64,000 bases of DNA from an uncultured Alphaproteobacteria bacterium (GTDB lineage: Bacteria; Pseudomonadota; Alphaproteobacteria; Rhizobiales; Beijerinckiaceae). This document shows positions 10,791 through 18,872 of this stretch, piece by piece. Where the stretch lies: contig CAWIES010000004.1 of assembly GCA_963835215.1 (NCBI GenBank), positions 371,121-435,120 of the forward strand, in the 5' to 3' direction. Position numbers and translations under genes: made by a program. The notes beneath the pieces were generated by a model. The model worked only from the letters and a program-made list of their open reading frames with translations. It was not told the DNA's origin and did no database searches. The stretch's first letter is position 1, and every line of letters starts with the position of its first letter.

Positions 10791-11916
10791 ATGGAGATCA
10801 TCCCGCGCATCGCACACTGGCGACGCGTCGCCGGCAGGGCGTGGCGTTTTCTCTACGCTGCGCCGATGGCGGCTCTCAGCGCGTTCGTTTTTGTGCGGGA
10901 CGAATTTCTGTCGCCGGAGCGCGCCGCAAGTCTCAAACTTCCTGCGCTATTTTCGGACTATCTGCCCGGCTGGCTGTTGAACATGCCCTGGTATGGCTGG
11001 GCTCTCGCTTCGCTCGTAGTCGTGATTTTTGTTGTGCTCGAAGGATCGTACCGCGCTTATCGAGAAGGACTCGGCCAACCGAGGGGTGCCTTCTGCGCCT
11101 GCTGAAGTGGCCGATATGGCGGTCCAAGACGTGTTTTTTTACAAGGACGCCGACGTTTTGGAAAACGCTACATTCGCCACCGTTGGGCAAGAAATTCTAG
11201 ACGCATTATCTCTTGGCAAATTGAAAGGATATGGGCGACAGGCGAGCATTTTAAATCGCGGTTATGTAGGGCATCCCAACTTAGCCCCGATAGATCAATC
11301 CTATTGGCGGACCGCCGCCTTCACTTATGAGTATTTTGGCGACGGCGATCGTACACACGACTTTCATGTCGAGACGAGACCGCCGGCAAACGGGGCTGCA
11401 TATAGGGACGTCCGCTTCGACGGCGCTGCGGTCAAAGCCCTCTGGCCCAAGTCTACGGCATCCCCACAGATATTCGCCATGAAGGCGGCTTATCTAATCC
11501 TGACCCAGAGCGAGTGGGCCAGAAGCCTAGCTATCAGGCCTGATTCTATGGTCGCAGGATGGTACGAGGATATGGTCTCCAAGAAGGAAGCAATCAAAAG
11601 GAGATTGCTCAAAGCCCTTGAGAGGGACCTTCACGACAATCTGAGAGCTGGCCGTGTCGCGGCGTGGGGACGCGTCGACCGGCATTCCCCCTTAGCGCCA
11701 ATTGCCGCAGAAGAGTGGAGCGATATCAAACTGTCCATGGAAGAAGTTGATTTCAAAAACCTCAGCACCGGGTTTTGCATCAATTTCACGGTGCCGGCGG
11801 CGTACAGAAAAACAGTGTACCAAGACGTGAAATTTTCAAAGGAGACTGTCTTTAAGCAGTATCCTCTCCTGCCAGAGCCTTTCGGGATTGATGATGGCGA
11901 TCAAAAAATTACCTGA
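10791..11916 (+). CDS. Hypothetical membrane-anchored passenger protein with an internally duplicated domain; probably one gene with a 1-nt indel near 11055
   Basis: ORF 10791-11105 has two hydrophobic segments and overlaps ORF 11029-11916. Removing one base gives ...VLEGSYR-LIEKDSANRG.... Confidence 0.65.
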
Positions 11917-12097
11917 CGATCCGCACCCGGAAGCCGAAGAGAGATTTCGTCGCCTCCTGCGTTCGATGGTCAGCGCGCCGCCACCTGAGCCGGACGCGAA
12001 AACGCAATCAGAAGAATCTCAAACATCAAATGCGGAGAACGGCGAAGATTGTGGCGATATTCAAACTCCGCCAGATACTTCGGAAGATGCTTCTTAG
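11888..12097 (+). CDS. Small hypothetical protein inside the IS (69 aa)
   Basis: Starts within the 3' end of the passenger; EAEERFRRLLRSMVSAPP helix; its 3' part is antisense to the transposase. Confidence 0.35.
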   Translation: MMMAIKKLPDDPHPEAEERFRRLLRSMVSAPPPEPDAKTQSEESQTSNAENGEDCGDIQTPPDTSEDAS

Positions 12098-12869
12098 AGA
12101 CGTGAATGTAAGTGCCGTTGACGCCGCGCTTTAGCATCGCCCAGAACGACTCAATCGTGTTCGTGTGAGCGTCGCCGCGAACGTACTCGTAGGCGGAATG
12201 GTTCACGCTCTCATGGCCGAAGCCGAGAATGTCGAGCCCGCGATAGACGGTCGCGTCATCTGTCATAACGCGCGAGCCTTCGACAACCCAACGCTTCACC
12301 TGCGGCAAGATTTGATTGGTGTGGCGCCCCGCGATCTGGCGCGTGACGAGATCGCCGTCACGCTCGACCATGCCGAGTACGACCGCTTTGTCATCATGTC
12401 CTGCGCGATCATGTCCGCCGAGAAAGGCTTCGTCGATTTCAACGACCGGGGCCTTTTGGCCCGCTCCGCCTAAAGGGCGGTCACCATCGACCCTGCCCAT
12501 GTGCTCGCGGATTTTGTGGCACATGCGCCAAGCAGTCTTATAGGTCACGCCGATCTGGCGCTGAACCTCTTTCGCGGCCACGCCGTTGCGGGACGACGTG
12601 AAGAGGAACATCACAAAAAACCAATCGGTCAGCCGCGTCCGCGTGTTTTCAAAGGGCGTGTCGGCGGTCGGATAGACCTGATAGCCGCAATGCTCGCACT
12701 CAAAGCAGCGGCGGAGCTTGACACGGTAGAACCGCCCCTCCGCTTGGCAATTCGAGCAAACGAGGCGCTGGCCGTAGCGCACCCGCATCAAGTGATCGAG
12801 GCAAACGTCCTCGTTCGGGAAGCGAGCCTGAAACTGTTTGAGGGTCGTGATCTTCGGTGATTTGCTCAT
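11970..12869 (-). CDS. IS1595-family (ISXO2-like DDE) transposase with N-terminal Zn ribbon
   Basis: CSNC..CEHC, GVTYKTAWRM, VEIDEAFLGG, VMTDD, VNHS..EYVRGDAHTNTIESFW, KHLPKYLAEFEYRHN. Confidence 0.95.
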   Translation of the reverse strand: MSKSPKITTLKQFQARFPNEDVCLDHLMRVRYGQRLVCSNCQAEGRFYRVKLRRCFECEHCGYQVYPTADTPFENTRTRLTDWFFVMFLFTSSRNGVAAKEVQRQIGVTYKTAWRMCHKIREHMGRVDGDRPLGGAGQKAPVVEIDEAFLGGHDRAGHDDKAVVLGMVERDGDLVTRQIAGRHTNQILPQVKRWVVEGSRVMTDDATVYRGLDILGFGHESVNHSAYEYVRGDAHTNTIESFWAMLKRGVNGTYIHVSKKHLPKYLAEFEYRHNLRRSPHLMFEILLIAFSRPAQVAAR

Positions 12870-12929
12870 GCCGATTTTATATCAGGTTTCGACGTACATG
12901 TCTAGAGGGGATAAGGCCGGGGGCGGCTC

Positions 12930-13350
12930 GACCCTCTGTCGAGCGCGGTCGTTCGGCTCGTTTTTTCCGTGCGAACGCGACCACCATCGCCGAGTTTGAG
13001 CCCGTCATTCCGCCGCATGTCACGCGCGAGGCGCAGATCATGACCGACCAAGTCGCTTGGTATCCCGAAATTGGCACCGAGTTCACCACCACGACAGCGT
13101 GAACCACGCCAGGGACGCATATACGCGTCACGAAGACGGCACGCTCGTTACAATCAACGCCGGCGAGGGCTTCTATTTTATCATTAGGCGCGGCATGAAG
13201 GGCGTCTAGCAACAGTGCAGGCAAAAGCGCTTGCATCGCTATCTGGGCGAGTACGATTTCCGCTACTCGAACCGCTCAAAATTCGGCGTTGAAAACGCTG
13301 AGCGCACGTTCAAGGATTGCTGCTGGCATCACGGGAAGGCGATTGGCGCA
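12930..13350 (+). pseudogene. Decayed C-terminal half of a second IS1595-family transposase
   Basis: Reads VERGRSARFF...EAQIMTDQ...VNHARDAY...INAGEGFYFIIRRGMKGV*QQC...LHRYLGEYDFRYSNR, with a frameshift and an in-frame TAG. Confidence 0.8.
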
Positions 13351-13466
13351 TCGGCCATTTGGTTCGCGCGTGTCCCTCTAACGCGTGTTCCTCTAAATGG
13401 AAGGCTTCAGCGCCCCGAGATAAGCGGCGACCATGTTTGGCCCGAACATCACAGGGAGTATTTGAA

Positions 13467-13742
13467 ATGAAAGCCACTGCGTGGGTCTCACTCCTTACCG
13501 TCGCGTCCGTAACGAACGTTTTTGCCGCCGAGACCGTCATCAAAGGACCAAGCGGCGTAAGCATCATTTGTTCCCAATTTTCGAGGCAGCCGGACGGAAA
13601 CTGGAAATCAAGTCAGGATGCGACGTTGAGTTATCCTGACAAACCGGGCTCATTCGGTAATAACAGTTTCGGGTCACATGGAATTTCCGTCGGCGGCGTT
13701 GATATTGCCGTCTTTCTTGATGAGAAATGCGGCAAGATCTGA
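13467..13742 (+). CDS. Small secreted hypothetical protein (91 aa, two Cys)
   Basis: GGGAG SD; signal peptide MKATAWVSLLTVASVTNVFA; C..F....DGNW and LDEKC. Confidence 0.65.
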   Translation: MKATAWVSLLTVASVTNVFAAETVIKGPSGVSIICSQFSRQPDGNWKSSQDATLSYPDKPGSFGNNSFGSHGISVGGVDIAVFLDEKCGKI

Positions 13743-13980
13743 TTACTCAAACTACGACGCGTTCGCCCATACTTCTGCGCCTTCCTCCGTGACCATTGCG
13801 GTTCCAAGAGTCTTCGCGCCGCGATCGACGCGAAGGGTGCAGAAATGTTCTGCGGTGGTCGTGGAAGAGCCTGCTGACAACAGGAGGGAAAACCCCGTGC
13901 GCACGGCAATAGCAAGCAAGGATTTCGTCAGTTTTCTCCAATAAAAGCCCGCTCCACTTAGCGGCCTTTTTGTTCTCGGG

Positions 13981-14508
13981 TTAAGCCGCTCTCGGCGATG
14001 CACCGCGATCCTCGCCAGCGCCGCCTGGTTTCCTGTGACTCGGACTGGCGACGGCTCGCATCTTCGTTCCATCCAGCGCCACCATGCGCCCGCCGATAAG
14101 CCCCTGTTCGCGACAGAACTGGACGAAGGCCGCGCTCGCGGCGACGATCGCCTCCGGATTGTCGTGCCGGAACGCGGCAATGATGCGATAGTCAGGTGCC
14201 AGTCGGCGCATCAACCACAGCGCTTCCAGGTCGCGGACACACGCCTTCTCCAGATGCCGCGATGATCGGACTTGGTTGAGATAGCCCTATATATAGAGGC
14301 GGAGCATCTCGCCAGGTTGGAAGCTTGGCCTACCAGTCGCCGCAGCCACGACCCCGTTGAAACCCAGTTCGGCTATGTCGAGGCTGGCGACGAATGCGTC
14401 GATAGCGCGAACGAGCGCGTCAAGCGCGACGTAGTCGTCAACACACGCCGGCAGCAGGCTGATCTGATCTCGGCAATCGCCATCGATGAGACTCACAGGC
14501 CGCCCCAT
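13981..14508 (-). pseudogene. Truncated IS1182-family transposase (N-terminal part, internal stop)
   Basis: RDQISLLP..VDDYV...VRAIDAFV..LD...TGRP.F.P..ML.LYI*GYLNQVRSSR.LE...LAPDYR.IA.FR..N...VALDGTKMRA. Confidence 0.85.
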
Positions 14509-14587
14509 TTCTTTCCGTGCGTGGATTCTATGCTGATTTGCGCTATCGTCCCAAGTTCTTGGGGCGTCTCCGGGGCATTGCCGTCAG

Positions 14588-15469
14588 CTATTCCAGCATC
14601 GCCGGCTTCAAGAACTCTTCGCACCATTGGCGGAATGTCGTCGGCATACGATCGCTCACGCCAACTTCGGCCATGTTGTCCACGCCTTCATTCTTGGCCC
14701 TGTACATGTCCACAAAACCCTGCGCGATGGATTCGCTCGCGCCGCGTTTGAGGAACTGCTCCTTCAACTGTTCAAACGAAATTTGCTGATAGCGGACCTC
14801 GCGGCCAAGCACCTCGGATATGATCGCGGCCATGTCGTTGAAGGACAGGTCGTCGGGCCCTAGCAGCGCGATCTCCTGCTGACCGGACCAGTTGCCGCCG
14901 CTGAGAAGCTTGGCGGCGACGGCGCCGATATCGCGCGTCGCCGTGAGGGGCAGCTTGCGATCCGGATCGATGGGGCCAGAAAACATCCCTCTTTCCTTGA
15001 TCGGCGCCACGTAGCGGATCGCGTTGTCCATGAACGACGGCATGGCGAGGCCTCGGAAATCCGCGCCCGTGCTCATCAAAAGATCGTCCGTGTGGATTGA
15101 CAGAGTCAGCAGCCCGGCGGCCTCTTGCCAGGGTGTGTTCCGGCCGAGCCCAGTTACGCTGACCACGCGCTTGACGTGATGGCGACGGATCGCCTCGGTG
15201 GCCGGCCGGGTGAAGCCGATATAGGCCTCCCCGGCGTCCTTGGTCATATCGGGAGGCACGAGCCAGAACAGGCTGTCAGCTCCTTCCAGCGCAGCGTCAA
15301 TCACGGCGGCGTCGCCATGGGAGCCTTCGACGACGTCGACGGAGCGCCGGATATCTTGGGGAAGCTTGGTGGCGTCCCGGACGATCACGCGGACGGGCGC
15401 CCCGGCCGCGATCAGGCCGTGGACGACATGCTGGCCAATCTGGCCGGTGGGGGTGGTGACAACGATCAT
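14588..15469 (-). CDS. NmrA-like NAD(P)H-binding protein
   Basis: MIVVTTPTGQIG Rossmann start; ATRDIGAVAA; GPDDLSF. Confidence 0.85.
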   Translation of the reverse strand: MIVVTTPTGQIGQHVVHGLIAAGAPVRVIVRDATKLPQDIRRSVDVVEGSHGDAAVIDAALEGADSLFWLVPPDMTKDAGEAYIGFTRPATEAIRRHHVKRVVSVTGLGRNTPWQEAAGLLTLSIHTDDLLMSTGADFRGLAMPSFMDNAIRYVAPIKERGMFSGPIDPDRKLPLTATRDIGAVAAKLLSGGNWSGQQEIALLGPDDLSFNDMAAIISEVLGREVRYQQISFEQLKEQFLKRGASESIAQGFVDMYRAKNEGVDNMAEVGVSDRMPTTFRQWCEEFLKPAMLE

Positions 15470-15524
15470 GGCGATCTCCTATTGCGATACGCCCTGCGAA
15501 TTCGCGGGGCGGCGCCGGCTTTCC

Positions 15525-16466
15525 TCAGCGCGGTAGGTAGACGATCCGCCGCCCTTCGGCCGTCCAAGTGGCCGTAACCTGGGCGAGCGGGACCGTGCGG
15601 TAATCGAGCGCCAGTTCGGCTTTGGCGGCGGCTTGAAAAACACCGTCTATGGCGGCGACGAGCCGGGGCAGGCCGACACTCCCAAGGCCGCTCCCCTTGA
15701 TTTCGATCGAAGAGGAGCGAAGCACCGCCGCGGGCAGCGCGAGCTCGGCGTCGCCGGCGGCGCCGATCTGAACGAAGCGGATCGGAACGCCGTCAGGCGC
15801 CGCTTTCGCGCCCGCGACGAAGATCGACCGCGCGCTTGTCCCCCAGAGATAGTCGAGCACGACGGTGACGCCATCGGCGAAGTGCTGGCGCAGGGCGGCT
15901 TCGATGTCTTCCTCGTCCTGGCGTAGCGGCACTACCGCGTCCGCGCCGACGGTGTGAAGCACCGCCTCGTTGCGGCCTGTTGCGATCACCCGACCCGCGC
16001 CGAGATATCGCGCGATTTTGACCGCCAACCTGCCGGCGGCGCCCGTTGCGCCGTTGATGAGAACGGTTTCACCGGCGCTCAGCTTGGCGCGTTCGGTCAG
16101 CGCCGCCCAGGACGACATGCCTGGATTGGCGAGGGCGGCGGCCATCGCGTCGTCGAGATGGTCGGGCAGCGGCAGCCAATGTCCATTGGCGACGACCGTG
16201 CGTTGGGCCATAGCGCCGAACGGCGCGCGGGGCAGCAGGAAGTAGACCCGCGTCCCGTCTTCCAGACGGCCGACCCCGTCAACGCCGGCGACGGACGGAA
16301 ACCCGCCCGCAGCACTGTAGTGCCCGCCGGCCGCGCGGCCACGGGCGAGTTGGCTCAGCGCGGATGCCGTCACCTGCACGACGACCTCGCCCGGCTGCGC
16401 GACCGGCTCGGCGAAATCGCCGTAGACCGGCAAGCGCCCTGGTTGCTCGACGATGGCGGCTTTCAT
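15525..16466 (-). CDS. MDR-family (quinone oxidoreductase-like) dehydrogenase
   Basis: MKAAIV, GVDGVG, VLINGATGAAG, VVLDYLWG. Confidence 0.88.
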   Translation of the reverse strand: MKAAIVEQPGRLPVYGDFAEPVAQPGEVVVQVTASALSQLARGRAAGGHYSAAGGFPSVAGVDGVGRLEDGTRVYFLLPRAPFGAMAQRTVVANGHWLPLPDHLDDAMAAALANPGMSSWAALTERAKLSAGETVLINGATGAAGRLAVKIARYLGAGRVIATGRNEAVLHTVGADAVVPLRQDEEDIEAALRQHFADGVTVVLDYLWGTSARSIFVAGAKAAPDGVPIRFVQIGAAGDAELALPAAVLRSSSIEIKGSGLGSVGLPRLVAAIDGVFQAAAKAELALDYRTVPLAQVTATWTAEGRRIVYLPR

Positions 16467-16493
16467 GAACAATGGTCTTCCGATCTGGCAAAA

Positions 16494-16557
16494 GTCCGTG
16501 TATGTTACACAGACTAAAGCAAGCCCGCTTCGGGGTCAATGTCCGTGTATAATGCAC
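16494..16557. promoter_or_regulatory. Two candidate MarR operators
   Basis: GTCCGTGTATGTTACAC (16494-16510) and GTCCGTGTATAATGCAC (16541-16557), each containing a GTGTA-N3-TRCAC dyad. Confidence 0.6.
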
Positions 16558-17009
16558 CGAGCAGTAAGCTGCTCACACAACTCCACGATGCCGTCCTCGA
16601 CGTTGTCGGCTTCATCAACCGGCCCGATCGGGACGAAGTGCTGATGCGGGCGGCGCAGATAAAGCTCGACCGGGCCTTATTCCCGCTCCTGGTGCTGACG
16701 GAGCGGATTGGGCCGATCAGTGTCGTCGAACTCGCCGGCCGAGTGGGCCGCGACCACAGCACGGTCAGCCGTCAAGTCGCCAAGCTCGTGCAACTCGGCC
16801 TCGTCAAGCGACAGCCGAGCCCGACAGACCGCCGCCAACGCGAACTGCGCCCGACGGAATCGGGCCACACGATGGCGCGACAGATCGACGAAGCCCGTGA
16901 GCGGCTTGCCCGTGCTGCGCTGTCCGGCTGGTCCGAGCGCGAAATTACCGATCTCGCGCGATCGCTTCGCCGCTACGCCGATGCGCTGGCAGCGCCAGTA
17001 GACTCCTGA
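16539..17009 (+). CDS. MarR-family regulator
   Basis: ELAGRVGRDHSTVSRQVAKL..LGLV.R...DRR; divergent from the oxidoreductases. Confidence 0.9.
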   Translation: MSVYNAPSSKLLTQLHDAVLDVVGFINRPDRDEVLMRAAQIKLDRALFPLLVLTERIGPISVVELAGRVGRDHSTVSRQVAKLVQLGLVKRQPSPTDRRQRELRPTESGHTMARQIDEARERLARAALSGWSEREITDLARSLRRYADALAAPVDS

Positions 17010-17119
17010 GGGAAGCGGGCAAGACCCTTCAAGAACGACTAGGCGATGCCCTGACAGGTAAGCGGCGCCCCCCGTTTTGATGAGTTTTCGCACAGCCTGG
17101 GGGTCAGCGCGCGAACGCC

Positions 17120-17674
17120 CTACGGACTCTTCGCCCGGCAATCGGCGGCGAGGCGCCAGTCGCGCGGATCAGCGGCGAAGGCGAGGGCGAAGGCGCGCTG
17201 GGCGGCGAGGGGGCCGGAAAGATCGTCGGCGAAGCGCGAATGCTTGAGCGTCGCGCCGAACGTGGCGGCGAGCGGCGCGGCCTTGGTCAGCGCGGCGGGG
17301 GCGGGGTCATAGAGACGGAATGAAGCGCCGGGGCCGGGCGCGGCGAGATAGAGGTCTTCGCCCGCATCCTCTTCGTGGGCGAGCGCGACGAGATAGCGCC
17401 CGTCGTTGAGGCGATGCAGCGTCGCCGGTTCGCCGCGCGAATTATCGGGAAAGAGCAAAACATATTGGCTGCGCCGGTCGCGCCTTAAATGCACGAGCCG
17501 GGCGGCGCCGATCCGCGCCGCGCCGTTGGCGTCGAAGCTGCGGCACGAATAATCGCCCGGCGGCGCGGCGATGTCGTCGCCGCCATCGAGCGCGAAGGGC
17601 TCGCTCTGGGTTGACAGGCAGCCGGCGAGCCCGAGGACTGCGACCAGGGCGGCGAGGGCGCGGAGCATCATCAT
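17120..17674 (-). CDS. Hypothetical lipoprotein
   Basis: Lipobox LAGC after a hydrophobic stretch. Confidence 0.7.
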   Translation of the reverse strand: MMMLRALAALVAVLGLAGCLSTQSEPFALDGGDDIAAPPGDYSCRSFDANGAARIGAARLVHLRRDRRSQYVLLFPDNSRGEPATLHRLNDGRYLVALAHEEDAGEDLYLAAPGPGASFRLYDPAPAALTKAAPLAATFGATLKHSRFADDLSGPLAAQRAFALAFAADPRDWRLAADCRAKSP

Positions 17675-17802
17675 GGCTCATGCCTTACGGGCCGGGACCG
17701 CGCCCATCCTTCATTTATAGCCGATCCGATGGCCCGCCTCGCGAACCTTCCGCCGCGTGACGGCGGAGACGCGCTGACAACGGTGGCGTGGCGCCGCGCC
17801 GC

Positions 17803-18207
17803 CTAGCGGCCGGGAAAGTGCTCGACGTGGGTTTCGGCGGTGCGCCCGATGTAGAGCGCGCGGCGGCCGGAGAACGACACGACGTAACCGGCGCACCCGG
17901 CCGAGACCGCCTTTTCGCAAAAGCCCCGGTAGGTGTAGCCCGGGACCAGTTGCTGCGCTTCGCGGATCGCGGCCTGCATGAGCGTGGCGTCGAACGACGC
18001 GGCGATCGGCGCCTCGGCGCGGTGGGCCGGCAGTTCGACGCTCTCTCCGTCGGGCAGGTAGTAGGTCGCGCTCGCCCGCCGGAAGTCGATCGCATAGCTT
18101 TCGAATCCCGCTTTCATCAGCGTTGCGACGATTTGGGGAAAGGTCATGGCGCCGCTCTCGGCGGCCTCGAGGCAGGTTCGGGCGACGGTCTTCTGCTGAT
18201 CGTCCAT
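17803..18207 (-). CDS. DUF1398-family protein
   Basis: TFPQIV..L...GFESYAIDF...YY...AI...Q...Y..FC...AGCAGYVV...RALYIGR...HVEHFP. Confidence 0.75.
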   Translation of the reverse strand: MDDQQKTVARTCLEAAESGAMTFPQIVATLMKAGFESYAIDFRRASATYYLPDGESVELPAHRAEAPIAASFDATLMQAAIREAQQLVPGYTYRGFCEKAVSAGCAGYVVSFSGRRALYIGRTAETHVEHFPGR

Positions 18208-18240
18208 TGCGAATTCTCCGTGATGAGATTCCAATCGCGT

Positions 18241-18699
18241 TCATGCGATCGGGATTGCGGTCATGCGGCCGCGCTCGGCGAGGCTCTTTAAGAGACGCTC
18301 CAGCGTTTGCCGCTCCTGTGCGCTGAGGCCGTCGAAGAATTCGGCGTCGTTGCGGTCGGCGAGCGCTGCGAGATGGGGGACAAGGTCGCCGCCGCGCTTC
18401 GTCAGCGCCAGCGTCTGGGCGCGGCCGTCCTTCGCGCTCGCCTCGCGCGTGACCAATGACTTGGCGATCAAACGGTCGGCGAGCTTGGTGATCGCGCCCC
18501 GCGTCATGCCCATCTCGTCGGCGAGCCGGCTCGGGGGCGTCGGCGCCTTGGCGTAGAGGGCGCGCATCAGGCTCCATTCGGCGACCGTCACCTGCTTGCC
18601 CGCCAGCTTGGCCGCGAAGGCATGGGAGACGTGGTTGGAGACCATGCGCAGCCAGAAGCCGAGATGGGTGGTGAGATCGGATACGGAGGATGGCGACAT
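18241..18699 (-). CDS. MarR-family regulator
   Basis: HLGFWLRMVSNHVS...LADEMGMTRGAITKLADRL...DGR...LT.RG. Confidence 0.9.
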   Translation of the reverse strand: MSPSSVSDLTTHLGFWLRMVSNHVSHAFAAKLAGKQVTVAEWSLMRALYAKAPTPPSRLADEMGMTRGAITKLADRLIAKSLVTREASAKDGRAQTLALTKRGGDLVPHLAALADRNDAEFFDGLSAQERQTLERLLKSLAERGRMTAIPIA

Positions 18700-18713
18700 A
18701 GCGGCCTCATTGA

Positions 18714-18751
18714 TTGACTAGGAAACTACATCAATATGATTTCCTAGTCAA
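18714..18751. promoter_or_regulatory. Candidate MarR operator (perfect 12-bp inverted repeat)
   Basis: TTGACTAGGAAA-N14-TTTCCTAGTCAA, beginning 15 bp upstream of the marR start codon. Confidence 0.65.
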
Positions 18752-18872
18752 CCACTCATCGCCGCGATGGGAACCGGCCGTCGCTGGAGGGAAGAAAAGC
18801 GCCGTGCAGGCCGTTGAATATAAACAATCCCGCGCAACAACAGCGCCCTCGCGCCACGGCCGTCGCCGGCGC

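Larger units (their letters stand above)
10743..12918 (-). mobile_element. IS1595-family element carrying passenger ORFs (transporter IS)
   Basis: Inverted repeat cores at 10748-10768 and 12893-12913 (18/21 identical). Degenerate flanking direct repeat GGGGGAGGCC (10733-10742) / GGGGGCGGCT (12919-12928). Intact transposase inside. Confidence 0.8.

Noticed and set aside
10791-11105. Stand-alone phage holin
   Set aside because: No lysis or other phage genes nearby, and a one-base correction joins it to the downstream ORF.
13747-13945. Possible small exported protein on the minus strand
   Set aside because: Signal-like stretch but no canonical start codon and no recognisable domain; at best a decayed fragment.
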